From: Lytechinus pictus
Lineage: Eukaryota
NCBI RefSeq assembly: GCF_037042905.1
Contig: NC_087245.1
Location: 37,822,001-37,886,000, forward strand
Reading direction: 5' to 3'
DNA length: 64,000 nt
Shown here: positions 52,006 to 61,893 of the stretch, piece by piece
How the letters are laid out: each line of letters begins with the position of its first letter
Numbering within the stretch: position 1 is the stretch's first letter
Made by a program: the position numbers and the translations under genes
Notes under the pieces: generated by a model
What the model was told of the DNA's origin: nothing
Databases searched by the model: none
The model's input: only the letters and a program-made list of their open reading frames with translations

Positions 52006-55000
52006 CAGATGGATATTTGACTGGTATGAAGAGAGAATGGAGAATGTGTATGATTTATCTCAGCATGATTAAAGATGAATGAGAGTAGTGGCAGTAATCA
52101 CTGCTTTCACAAGAAAGTCTGTAAAACCAGGATTAATCGTCACTGTATCATTGTGGATCTACATCTTGTGCAGTTACATGTACATGAAATCTAAGCTGAA
52201 AAATGATCACACTGTAGATGGCCAACACAGATAAGCACATGTGGGACAGTGTATTATCATCGCTTGGAAAAAGACCCCACATTTCGCACGAATCCCATGC
52301 TTAATTTCTCAGCAATGACACAACTTCGTACAGACTCCTTTGGCAGTTATTTTTCTTACTTTATGCAAACAGACTCTTAGTTGGTTGTTTCATTGGATTC
52401 TGTACAAACTTATTTTGAAATTGTTACAAATAGATCATCGTTAGTATATATTTGTTACAAATAGATTATCATTAGTATATATTTCTTTTTTTAAAATTTA
52501 GATTCGAGACCCCCAAGCGATCAAGATGCTCTTCGATGAAAGTTTACTGAATGTGTTAAAAGGAATGTATCCATGCAACGATGCTGATGCGATCACCCTA
52601 GCAGGAATTTATATGCAGATTACATATGGCGATCATGATCCAAAGAGGCATAGAGCTGGATTCTTGAAGTAAGTCCAATGTTTTATATTATGGCCGCTGC
52701 CATGGTAACAGGGCACATCAACCTATCACAACAGCATAGGAACCATATGTGGGTGACAGGCAATTTTACCAACTCGACAGCCCAAATAGCCCCTAAAATT
52801 CCCCAAAATTGCATGCTTTGGGGTGACTATTATTTCTTCTTGAGTCGCTCAAGATATGTCAAAAACAATATTTTAGATAATTTATAAAAATCTGTTTTCT
52901 AATTGGCAGAATAATATTTACTTTTACTGTATAATTGCTTGTTACCCTGAAAATGTAGCCCTTAAAATGAAAGAAATAGTCTCCAAAATTCTGCAATTGC
53001 CTCATTGTGGAGAAAAAGATAACCTCTACAAAATAAAAATTATTTCCTATCCTGAATCACAATCAAGTTGCCATGGTAGTTACCAATAAATGTCAAAGTT
53101 ATCATAATTGTTAGTATTATGAAATCGGCCCCCTATACAAGTTAAAGTTAAATAATCACAGCAGGCAATAATTTCTTAGATTCTTTGAATGATGGTAAAT
53201 TATATTTTGGATTTCGTACTGCCAAATTTGAATAGTTAGTGTAAAGATTACTTGTGTCATTCAAATAACTTTCATAAACTTAAGCAAAACTTAAAAATGC
53301 CATATTTTTCGTAATTTTTTTTAACATCCATTTTGATGCAATTGTTAGTGATGTACTTTTTGTTTGATTTTTCACTATTTACTCAAATCAACTTGCTGTC
53401 TGGGTGGACAGTTATACCCCAGCTCATGAAAAAGATGATGAATAATACAGATTGATGATAGCTCAATAAAATTACTGTCGTTGAACTTTCCTTTCCTTCC
53501 TTGGACAATCATGAAATCTGTGGTAATTTGAGATTGAAGAAAAATCATTTACTAGAATCTTTTATTTTTAAATCAAGTTTTCATACTCCTAACGCGACAT
53601 GTGTCACATACATCTATTCATGTCCGTTCATGACATATATTGATGACATATGTTCATAACATTTCAAGTGCTTAGAGAAATTCATTATTATCATTATTAT
53701 ATTTTTGATATAATATATTTCATTCTTATACATATAGCAACATCAACCTGAGGCATTTCATACCAAGCATCAAATTAGAGGGTAAAGGTCAAAGTTCACG
53801 GAGCATGACATCTAAAGCGCTTATTTGTTATTTTTATATTTTTAATATATATTTCATTCTTATACATATAGCAACATCAACCTGAGGCATTTCATACCAA
53901 GCATCAAATTAGAGGGCAAAGGTCAAAGTTCACGGAGCATGAACTGGGCACAGAAGATCGTCAATGAACACCGGAACGTCACGCAGAAAGGCATTAGAGA
54001 TGTCACGGTAAGTGCATACAGAAACTCTCCCCTGCTGAGAACTTGGCCGCATTAGGAAAATGAACCGTGCCTGGTTTTCTCTGGCTTTCACTTTCTAATT
54101 ATCCCTTTAGGGTAGTTGTAAAATTAAGAATAAAAATGCCTTGATGCTAAGCATTATAGTTGTCTTGGCTGCATTAGTAAAATGAACCTTGCCCATTCTT
54201 CACTGACTTTCATTTTCTAATTAATCCTTTGGTGTAGGTATGAAATCTAGAATTAAAAACGCTGTGATGCTAAGCATTGTAATTGTCTTAGTTTGTCTAA
54301 ATATTTTTCTATGCTGAAATTATATGATGCTGTGATACCTCCATTTTTATTGACCAAGCTTATAATTGCCTAAATCTGTTGGAAAATATCTGTTACACCC
54401 CAATGTGGACATACTTCAAAATATCTTGCCTTTTTGGCCGAAAGAAAAGAAAAAAAAAAAAAATCATTTTTGAAAGTGTCCAATTTTCTTGCACAAGGGT
54501 GAACAATACTTGTGTTTGATGGCATTACATGCTTCAAATTGATTTTGTTTATACCCCCCATAAATCACCTCCATGAAATTTAGCACTGAGGTGTTTTTGT
54601 TATGATGGGGACTACCTTTATGGTGTTTATTTATTTATTTTCATTTTAGTGGCATTGTACTTTATGTGAAAACAGACACATAAATTGACAGCGCATTATC
54701 AAGTACTATACATAACTAACCATGATTCCATATGAGCACCAATTGAACTGGATCCCATTTCACAAAGACTTGTTATTATAACAAATGCACAATTTCTATA
54801 ACAAGTTTACTATCAGCCAATCAGATTGAAGGATTTCATTAGCCTTTATCTGTTATTGCAAATTTGTTATTATAACAAGTTTTGTGAAACCGGTACCTGA
54901 TGTAGTTCATTACACAGGTGATTTGTTAAGCTAATATAAAAACAACAAATTCCTGATAAGTAAGAAATGGCCTATGAGAAAATTGTTCTAGCCCCTTGTC

Positions 55001-57506
55001 ATAATTGATTTATCCAGCTTCCAATTTGAAATTTACATGGTCTGAGGATCTCAATTTTAAAAACAGCCATAACTTACTTATTGCCAATCCGATTTCTTTC
55101 AAACTGTTTTCATTCACTTTCTGTTTTACTCACTTTTCTCCTCATACATTTTATGACCAACGTTGGATTTTCCTTTAATGGTATTTTTTATTCCTTTTCA
55201 TTGAAGAAATTGCAAATGATGTACTTGGAGAAATGCCGGTCATTCCCTGTGTACGGCTCAGCCATATTCTTTGGGTCGGCTCAACTAGGGGGCAGTCGGA
55301 GAGGTCAAGGAGGGTCACAGAGGTCACCGGCTGCATTTGTAGGGGTCAACTCAAGAGGGATACATCTGATAAATGCTATTAGTAAGGTAAGGTGGATTGC
55401 AGCTTATTCTTGCTTTCAATAAAGGAGGATCTCGATTGATCTGCTCTCCAACATTTTTTTAGTGTTTTGAGTTGACAGAATGCATTATAAATGGAAATCT
55501 TCATGCATTGACAACTACTTAGTAGTTCTATCCCCGGCCTTTTTTCTGTGGGTACACATTCCGATGAGAAAATAGTATGCTCCTTTTATGAAATGCAAGC
55601 AGTCCTTAGTAGAAGGGATATGTTTGGTGATCACAGCCCTGTAACATTCACCTTAGTAGTTGATCTTCAGGGTAATATAAACAAAAAATCAGAATACGCT
55701 TATTTGATTGGTTAAAATTATTTTATTTATTTATTTGTTTGTTTATTTATTTATGTATTTATTTATTTATTCATTCATTCATTTTTAAAGTCATTTTATT
55801 CATTCATTTATTTATTCATTTATTTATGTATTCATATATTAATATTTATTTTGAAGGCAGGTTATGAATAATAATTGATGTTAGCAGCTAACTAGTCACC
55901 AAAATTGGGTTTTGAAGTATGTACGAATGTCTGATAGCCTGGTCTTGCACGATATTATATTCTTGTATAGAGACAATAATTTATTTGTGCGTTCATGCAT
56001 AATTTTTATTCATCTAGTCATATTACTGATTTGTTAATGTGTGTGTGTGTAATTTGTGATGTTTTTTAATATGCAGATGATGATTCTTAGTGTGGGTTAC
56101 AAGCAAGGATTGACGTGGGAGGTGTCGAATGATATGCAGACGTTGACGTTATTAATCCAAGATGGTAATGGCTATCGGTCACTACCGGTCAAGACAAAAC
56201 AGGTGTGTATTTACTCCCTTGGTCAGCGTGTCTTACTCTCACACAGATCGAGGACTCGGTAATATTAGATAATACCTTGTTGGCTGAACTATTTCTTGAC
56301 TTTAAGTGAAATTTTCCCGTAAAATTGGTCGGGAAATATGTGCTTAAAGTGATTCAATTGCTAGGAAGTACATTTCTACTGTAACATGTTCAGATTAATT
56401 CATATACGTAACTGTTTGGACATGGTGTTGAAGCTGAATTCCTTTAGTTGTAGCAAACAAATGTGAAGGTAGCATTCCTTTTTGCTACATGGATACTTGA
56501 AATGCATCATACATTAGACAGGTAATATGCTCACAAATTTGCATGCTAGTAAGAAAACATCTGGAAGGTTGAATAACACATGTACGTTTTATTGTAGCGA
56601 AAAAGTGGCTTGTACCTGTAATAATAATTATTGATATTACGTTATGTAGATTCGAATCAGTGATGGGTCAATACGCCATCACATGACCATAGCTGGGAGG
56701 ATCCCATTGGATATATTCTAGGTTTTGACGTCACCTCAGGGAATATAACTGCCTTGTATCGTAACCTATGGCGTTTTATTCACTGAGGTGACGTCACTCG
56801 CTGCTTGTAAATTGCGCGATCAGGTAGTTTACTTGATGTACACGCTTGTGTTTGCATGAAGAATTACGCCCTTGCTGTATTTTTCAAAATGTGTCTATTA
56901 AGAAGTAGATGGATCGGAGCTGCAGCAAGATATTCGGGTTAATCGCAAAGCCATGATGTATGCATTCTCTGATGGCGAATCTACATAGATGTATATAATA
57001 CAGCAGATATTGACTGGTCTATCTTTTAATAAATAACATCACAAATCCCCTCCGAAGCTATATTTTTCCCCTCGCTCTCCATGGGAAAAATATAACTGCG
57101 TTGGGGGAATGAAATGTTATATTCAAACATTAGGTAGGCAATATCAGTATAATATTGCATGAAGAAGACCCTGTGATTTGGCTGGAATATCATGCTTATT
57201 TTGTCAATTTCTCAGCCCTTGACATTGTTTCTTCCAGAATCATTTGACACACATTTTTTTTTTTCATAAATGCAAACACTTGGGTTACCATTTTACTGGA
57301 CTCAGTTCAAACTCCTTTTCAGATCATTACCACGACTGCTATTTACCTTTCATTGTCACAAGCATTATTTCTAATTTTGTTTCGTTGTCTGTATTTGTTG
57401 TTCACAGTCTGCCATCATCAGCAATCTAGCCAACAAGCTCTCAGGACGGATAAACCAAGAAGACCAGCCGTCGACGAGTAGAGCGAACAGCTTACAGAGA
57501 CACTGA
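22929..57506 (+). CDS. KRIT1: Krev interaction trapped protein 1 (KRIT1/CCM1) orthologue; 14 coding exons, ~606 aa
   Basis: Collinear similarity to vertebrate KRIT1 as I recall it: VTNPAY, VINPMF, VDKAVINFFFG..PDY, ankyrin repeats (WVDQYPLHSAA, WVPLHYACW, STPLHFSA, RTPLQLCEE) and FERM (LQMRPEHKP, LYLRRDA, YGSAIF, FVGVNSRGIHL, VKTKQ). All introns are GT-AG with consistent phases. Confidence 0.93.
23221..23474. mobile_element. hAT-like MITE
   Basis: CAACGGCGGATCCAGG ... CCTGGATCCGCCACTG; exact 8-bp TSD TATATGCC. Confidence 0.82.
25333..25489 (-). repeat. Right arm of inverted repeat pair
   Basis: Reverse complement of 21583-21736; includes an internal ~43-bp tandem duplication. Confidence 0.85.
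31273..31543. mobile_element. Harbinger-like MITE
   Basis: GGGCTCCGTCTT ... AAGACGAGCCC with internal inverted ATCAATCG/CGATTGAT. Confidence 0.6.
32154..32388. mobile_element. hAT-like MITE inserted next to a SINE fragment (~32050-32150)
   Basis: GACAGTGATTTTCCGTTTT ... AAAACGGAAAATCACTGTC. Confidence 0.68.
33718..34138 (+). mobile_element. Older, 5'-truncated member of the same Helentron-like family
   Basis: Core repeat remnants and the 3' end CAGCACTGCTGCTATATCGAATCGCGTCATGCAGGTGAGAC. Confidence 0.7.
35362..36337 (+). mobile_element. Non-autonomous Helentron/DINE-1-like element, copy 1
   Basis: Inserted in a T run; subTIR GTCTCACCTGC...GCAGGTGAGA; 5' hairpin GTCTCAC/GTGAGAC; (GGC/GAC)n microsatellite; ~4 tandem ~180-bp core repeats. 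Confidence 0.8.
36843..36990. mobile_element. Small MITE with 3-bp TSD (Harbinger-like)
   Basis: TTA-TACCTCGGTCACATTTGC ... GCAAATGTGACCGAGGTA-TTA. Confidence 0.75.
37344..37477 (+). CDS. KRIT1: KRIT1 coding exon 2 (third NPxF region)
   Basis: KINEFISVDKAVINFFFGRGVPDYNKI; TAG acceptor, GTAAGT donor. Confidence 0.88.
37866..38469. mobile_element. Kolobok-like MITE (family A), nested in a Harbinger-like MITE
   Basis: TTAA-AGGACAAGTCC ... GGACTTGACCT-TTAA. Confidence 0.82.
38925..39373 (+). mobile_element. MITE with 3-bp TSD, copy 1
   Basis: GAGGCTGTTCTCACTACG ... CGTAATGAGAACGGCCTC; TAT flanks. Confidence 0.75.
39808..39979. mobile_element. Harbinger-like MITE (TTTCATAAAGCTGTTCG family)
   Basis: CCGTTTCATAAAGCTGTTCGT ... 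ACGAACAGCTTTATGAAATGG; relatives at ~4520, ~37810-38590 and 61735. Confidence 0.72.
40317..40756 (-). mobile_element. Same MITE family, copy 2, inverted
   Basis: Reverse complement of 38925-39373 over ~440 bp; TTT flanks. Confidence 0.75.
42339..43350 (+). mobile_element. Non-autonomous Helentron/DINE-1-like element, copy 2
   Basis: Near-identical to 35362-36337, with a longer (GGC) tract. Confidence 0.8.
45895..46029 (+). CDS. KRIT1: KRIT1 exon 3 (ankyrin)
   Basis: WVDQYPLHSAAYEG...WVPLHYACW; CAG/GTGAGT. Confidence 0.92.
46116..46266. mobile_element. Harbinger-like MITE with central CCAAT
   Basis: Inverted relative of 54750-54897; CTG flank. Confidence 0.6.
46402..46795. mobile_element. 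Kolobok-like MITE (family B)
   Basis: TTAA-AGATAAATTCCAG ... CTGGAATTTCTCT-TTAA; degenerate inverted relative at ~52110-52430. Confidence 0.7.
46840..46902 (+). CDS. KRIT1: KRIT1 exon 4 (ankyrin)
   Basis: NGHVEAVKTLLLNNNCSPN; TAG/GTAAGT. Confidence 0.9.
47615..47708 (+). CDS. KRIT1: KRIT1 exon 5 (ankyrin)
   Basis: NDSGSTPLHFSAFKGHAEVVRLLLNHRDIDK; TAG/GTACGT. Confidence 0.92.
48431..48538 (+). CDS. KRIT1: KRIT1 exon 6
   Basis: YVVNKEGRTPLQLCEESRQNDWETTRKLLKEAKEKP; CAG/GTAAGT. Confidence 0.92.
48600..48900 (-). mobile_element. Diverged tRNA-derived SINE
   Basis: Similar to the 61387 family: GGAATCGAACCC, CCTGGGTCGAGTGCA, TTTCTTGCTGAAGGAAA. Confidence 0.72.
49104..49205 (+). CDS. KRIT1: KRIT1 exon 7 (FERM F1 start)
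   Basis: SHIKIDVHLMDLDGSHVVLDLEKGSNT; TAG/GTTAGT. Confidence 0.88.
49330..49595. repeat. (TCTA/TCTG)n degenerate microsatellite
   Basis: Directly visible. Confidence 0.85.
49976..50039 (+). CDS. KRIT1: KRIT1 exon 8
   Basis: QLQLPRGGLQIFAVWIASQNL; CAG/GTAAGT. Confidence 0.88.
51567..51718 (+). CDS. KRIT1: KRIT1 exon 9
   Basis: LQMRPEHKPVLHLKQW...PLLYLRRDALLTVEEERT; CAG/GTGAGT. Confidence 0.92.
51812..51905 (+). mobile_element. tRNA-derived SINE fragment
   Basis: GTGGCCGAGTGGTCTAAGGCG A box, then GCCCGTGAGCAAGGCATTT; B box missing. Confidence 0.55.
52502..52668 (+). CDS. KRIT1: KRIT1 exon 10 (FERM F2)
   Basis: IRDPQAIKMLFDESLLNVLKGMY...QITYGDHDPKRHRAGFL; TAG/GTAAGT. Confidence 0.92.
53695..53942 (+). 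repeat. ~134-bp tandem duplication of the intron 10/exon 11 junction
   Basis: ATATATTTCATTCTTATACATATAG-CAACATCAACCTGAGG...CGGAGCATGA present twice (53738 and 53872). Confidence 0.9.
53872..54007 (+). CDS. KRIT1: KRIT1 exon 11
   Basis: NINLRHFIPSIKL...WAQKIVNEHRNV; TAG/GTAAGT. Confidence 0.88.
54042..54289 (+). repeat. ~122-bp diverged tandem duplication
   Basis: CTTGGC.GCATTAG.AAAATGAACC...TGATGCTAAGCATT..A.TTGT present twice (54042, 54164). Confidence 0.8.
54750..54897. mobile_element. Harbinger-like MITE with central CCAAT
   Basis: TTTCACAAAGACTTGTTATTATAAC ... GTTATTATAACAAGTTTTGTGAAA; CTG flanks. Confidence 0.65.
55207..55386 (+). CDS. KRIT1: KRIT1 exon 12 (FERM F2/F3)
   Basis: KLQMMYLEKCRSFPVYGSAIFFG...FVGVNSRGIHLIN; AAG/GTAAGG. 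Confidence 0.9.
55718..55850. repeat. (TTTA/TTCA)n microsatellite
   Basis: Directly visible. Confidence 0.85.
56077..56202 (+). CDS. KRIT1: KRIT1 exon 13
   Basis: MMILSVGYKQGLTWEV...VKTKQ; CAG/GTGTGT. Confidence 0.88.
57408..57506 (+). CDS. KRIT1: KRIT1 terminal coding exon 14
   Basis: SAIISNLANKLSGRIN...LQRH-TGA; CAG acceptor. Confidence 0.85.
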   Translation, partial: SAIISNLANKLSGRINQEDQPSTSRANSLQRH

Positions 57507-57731
57507 TCGGCAATCCTCATCACCCGTTGAACAGTTCATGGAGACCGTTTTTACCCAGTTTTGTTCACTTTCATGCATATGTATCTCAATTAACTTCAGA
57601 TGAACAAGCGAACAGCTTACAGAGACATTGATCTGCAATCCCTATCACCTATATACAATTCATGGAGATCGTTTTTACCAATTTTTGTTCACTTTCATGC
57701 ATATGCATCTCAGTTAACTTCAGATGAACAA
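57482..57731 (+). repeat. 125-bp tandem duplication spanning the KRIT1 stop codon
   Basis: AGCGAACAGCTTACAGAGACA.TGATC...TTAACTTCAGATGAACAA at 57482 and 57607. Confidence 0.88.
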
Positions 57732-60700
57732 CTACTAGACTCCTAACGGTCACGTTGTATATCCGCACCACCGATACTCTTCAGAAGCATATGCTGCAGG
57801 GATTATGCATCCGATGACCTGGAGCAGGAATGTGGATTCAGTTGTTCCTCGACTTAATAGTTCGCGGTCTTTGTTTGGTTCAGATATATGCAAATAATAG
57901 GCTGACAACTCTCACATTCTTCACATGCTACGAACGTCTCTGTGGAATGCTTTTGACTTTTACCTCAATATCTCTGTGCTGATCGTCCATGATGACCGAC
58001 CAGGCTGGTCAGGCTGCTATCGTCAAGGGCACCTGCTAGACTCAAGCCCAAGGGGAGCATTACATCAAGCAAAGAGTCACTGATGGCTGTTATAAGTTAC
58101 CGAAATTCTTGCTTCTGATTGGCAGATAGCAAGTTAGTCAGTGGAAATGACCGACAAGATGCTTTAGGAAATGCTTCCCTGGTGTGGGTAGCTCATATCT
58201 TGCGCACTCGAATGTTACATCGGTTCACAAGTGGAGGCTTGGCACAGATGAATTAGATCTAGGACAGTACTGTGAAATCCTCAAGTTTTCTACCTGCATG
58301 TAATGTATCCCCCAAATTCTTGTACAAACCCTTCTATGTTTAAATTTGTTTGATTTATGTATGATGGATCCCTAAGTTGCTTTCTAAGGAATCTTTTGAA
58401 CCTAAGAACTGCTTTGAAGGCCAAGGACGCCAAAAACAACATGTTAATTGAAATGGAATAGGAAAAGAAAATAAACCACATAGTATTATAAATTTTAGTA
58501 GAATCAGACGTAGAATATTGAAGAATGGCTAAATAATACGAAACAGGTATGAGAGTGCTGGCTGATAATGTTGCCTACTTGCTATAGGTTGTTGATTATT
58601 TTTTTAAATTCATTTTGGGTTTGGTTTGGCATTCAAAATAGATATTGAAACAAGTTTGAAGTTGTGCATAACCAAGAATATAGGAATGCTATTGCCTATC
58701 TACTCTGTAGCAATACATTGGATCACATGATTGCATTCTTTCATAAATCTTCCTCATCTCATAATTCTCCTCCACCGCCTATCTCATGTTGAAGATGAAT
58801 GGAAAGAGTTGAGACTTTCTTGAGTAATCAAACCGAACCTAGAAAACTGTAGTTTCTTGGTACAGCAAGCCAGATTCTGTTTCTCATGTAAATAGGCAGT
58901 ATGCACAAATTATTGTCACTGAGCATGTACTCAAACTTTCTAAAATTGAAATGTGGATCTACATGTATAATGTCAGTGAAAAATAGCTAAATCTCTGCCA
59001 ATATGCTAAAAAATATTGTGGTATTAATTGGAAATAGAAAAATATAAAACAAATCATGATTTGAGTGTATATTTTGATATTCACAGTGACATTTATGACT
59101 CCTTTTTTCTCTCTCTATCTATCTCTTTCTCCAAATCCTTTATTATTCTACATGTTTTTTTTCCTTTTCTGTCTTTCATTTCTTTTTCTCTTCCCATTCT
59201 CTTAGTCATTTTTTCAACCTTGACTTCTCTCATCATTTCAAGCATCAGGGTATATATATATCTGTATATGTACATATATAGATAGGTAGATAGGCTGATA
59301 GATTATCTTTGTCATTTGCAAAATCACATCAACAAAGATTGTACAGATTTTTATCACCAAATGATATCACTGTAAATTTGTTCTCATGATTTGAGATTAT
59401 TGTCAATTATTTGTAAATGTGTGTATATATTTTGGATATAAAGATGTATAGATAAAGTTTATAGTACTAGATGTAGAATTCATAATAATTTTTCGCCTAT
59501 AATACGCTAGGTGTGGATGTGCTTTATAATGTGTTAGTGACAGAAAGACATTTATATCTCATTTATAATGTGTTAATGACAGAAAGACATATCTCATTTC
59601 ATCTTACTCTGAGTTAACGTCTTTTTGGCTTTTAACAGATGATGTAAGTCTATTTTTTATTTCAATGCAACTCATTTAATCATCAAGTGCAAATTTCTTA
59701 TAATTTCATTGTAAACTGCTTCAATCATGTTTCAATCAAATTGGCTTTGGATTTTGTTGCAATTATTCAATATTTTATCCGTGATTATTATGTTTATTAA
59801 AATAAGTTATTTAACTATATATGTTTCTGTTCATATATAAGGTGTAGAAAATGTATGTGAACTTCTGGGCTCTTGTTCCGTCCTTAAGGCTTTCTCCTTT
59901 ACTGATACATATCCAGTTGAGAATGCTTTGAACCCCTAACCCTTTGAATATCTAGCCTCTAGGCCCTGTGACATGAATAGGTGCAAGTGATATTTACAAT
60001 CGATTGTAAATTTTGGTTACATGGTTTGCAATAATCTTGCAGTTATGACTGATTGTACACAAGCTTATATATTTCATGTTTACTGGGCTCCGACCTGATA
60101 AAGATTTGTGTGAAGCTTTAAAGAAAATGTTTTCAACCTAAAATATTCACAGAGCTTATAAATATATCAATTTCGTGAAATCATACAGAGATGTTTTGTG
60201 AGTTGTTGGTCGAGTGGCAAATCCAGACGTTGGTTCAAGATACTCAATTAAGTAATTTGATATTTGAATGTATTGTTGCTGGAGAATATGTGTAACATTT
60301 GGTATTCTTTCCAATACAGATAGAAAGTGACACAAGTACCGGTAATGCACCATTTTTCAGTAAATATTAGACTGTGGTTTTATAGTGTTAGGAAAAAGGA
60401 TGCCAGCTCATACTTGTTTGATTCCATCTGTATTGGATGACATTGTAAAATCAGCTATGTGTTAAGTCTTAATCATGGCAGCTTTATCAAACAGATCTCA
60501 AGTAACAGATTGTTTTTCTCTCTTTCATTAATTCTCTTTTTTTTCATTTGTTTTGAATCAAGCTTTTCATAAACCAAGTCTGGCAGTACCCCTGTAACCA
60601 GTAAAGTTGCAAGTGTTCTTGTTCAGGAGAGAATGAACTGTTAAACCTAGGCCCCACTCTCACAATTCGCACCACAATTGAAACCATGATCTGTATCGTG

Positions 60701-61039
60701 GAGTAATTGTAGTGGTCGTATCAGATCTCGTCAGGTATTGAGGTCAGTCTTGGCAATCATTGTGACTACAAAAAAAAATTGTTAAATGGCTCAAAAATTT
60801 TCAGGATCAGCTACGAAAGGCCAATCATAACGGATTGCATGACAGTGGGACGAGGTGTAAACATTACATTTACTCCTGCGACAATTTCTCCTATGGACAT
60901 CTCACACAAGAAGCCAGTTATTGCATCTGATTGACTGAGAGCAAATTAGTCTGTAAAATTACTGACAACATAATAATGATTGTATTTCTTATTTACCCAG
61001 GGTAGCCACTTAGGGTCTTATGAACTGTTCTCCATGCGG

Positions 61040-61215
61040 GCCCTGCATGAAATAATGTCATTATTACCCTTCTTTATTCTGATACGACGTCGAGCGCCTG
61101 ACGAATAGAAGGCAGAAGTTCCCATTTTGAAAAGTCTTTGGTATGTCTCTGCCGTGGGTACAAACCCATGGCCTCCCGTTCATTAGGCAAAAGCTCTACC
61201 ACCGAGCCACCAAGT
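61040..61215 (-). mobile_element. Diverged tRNA-related SINE
   Basis: CTCTACCACCGAGCCACC (A-box complement) and AAGTCTTTGGTATG motif. Confidence 0.5.
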
Positions 61216-61386
61216 CAGATGAAACTTGAAATGCTCCCTGTGTCACGAAGGAGTCTAAGAAACCATGTGATGTCACAATAGGCACAGTGCACTCTGTGGT
61301 CAACACTGCATAAAAAGGGTGGAAATTAATTAATCACATATTCATGTACTATCGAAAAAGGACTGTTGATACTAACACATGCTATG

Positions 61387-61670
61387 TGGAGCGTTGTGGC
61401 CCAGTGGATTAGTCTTCGGACTTTGAAACAGAGGGTCGTGGGTTCGAATCCCAGCCATGGCGTAATTTCCTTCAGCAAGAAACTAATCCACAGTGTGCTG
61501 CACTCAACCCAGGTGAGGTAAATGGGTACCGGTAGGAAGTAATTCCTTAAAAAGCTGTGTGCGCTATGAACGCCTAGCTTAGCCGGGTAATATAGGAGCG
61601 CCTTGAGCACCTAACAAGGTGGATATGTGCGCAATATAAATACCCTATATTATTATTATTATTATTATTA
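61387..61670 (+). mobile_element. Full-length tRNA-derived SINE with L2-like 3' tail
   Basis: A box TGGCCCAGTGG, B box GGTTCGAATCC, core GCACTCAACCCAGGTGAGGTAAATGGGTAC, tail ending in (ATT)n. Confidence 0.9.
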
Positions 61671-61734
61671 CTATGGAAACAGGAACTGTAGTTATGTGAT
61701 TGCTTTGGATTATGGTAAGGCATAAGAGACCCAG

Positions 61735-61893
61735 GTGGGTGATTCATAAAGATGTTCGTATGTTAAGAGCGACTGGTGATCCTTTCTTGTGGTAAATGGT
61801 AGATTCATTGGCGATGGTTTAGCGCATAAGAAAGGTTCACCAGTCATTCTCAAAGTCGTTCTTACCTTGCGAACAGCTTCATGAAAAGACCCC
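61735..61893. mobile_element. Harbinger-like MITE (same family)
   Basis: CAG TSD; TTCATAAAGATGTTCG ... CGAACAGCTTCATGAA. Confidence 0.72.

Noticed and set aside
61387..61460. Possible tRNA gene (also 51812 and 1940-2024)
   Set aside because: No proper acceptor stem, and each continues into a SINE body and tail.
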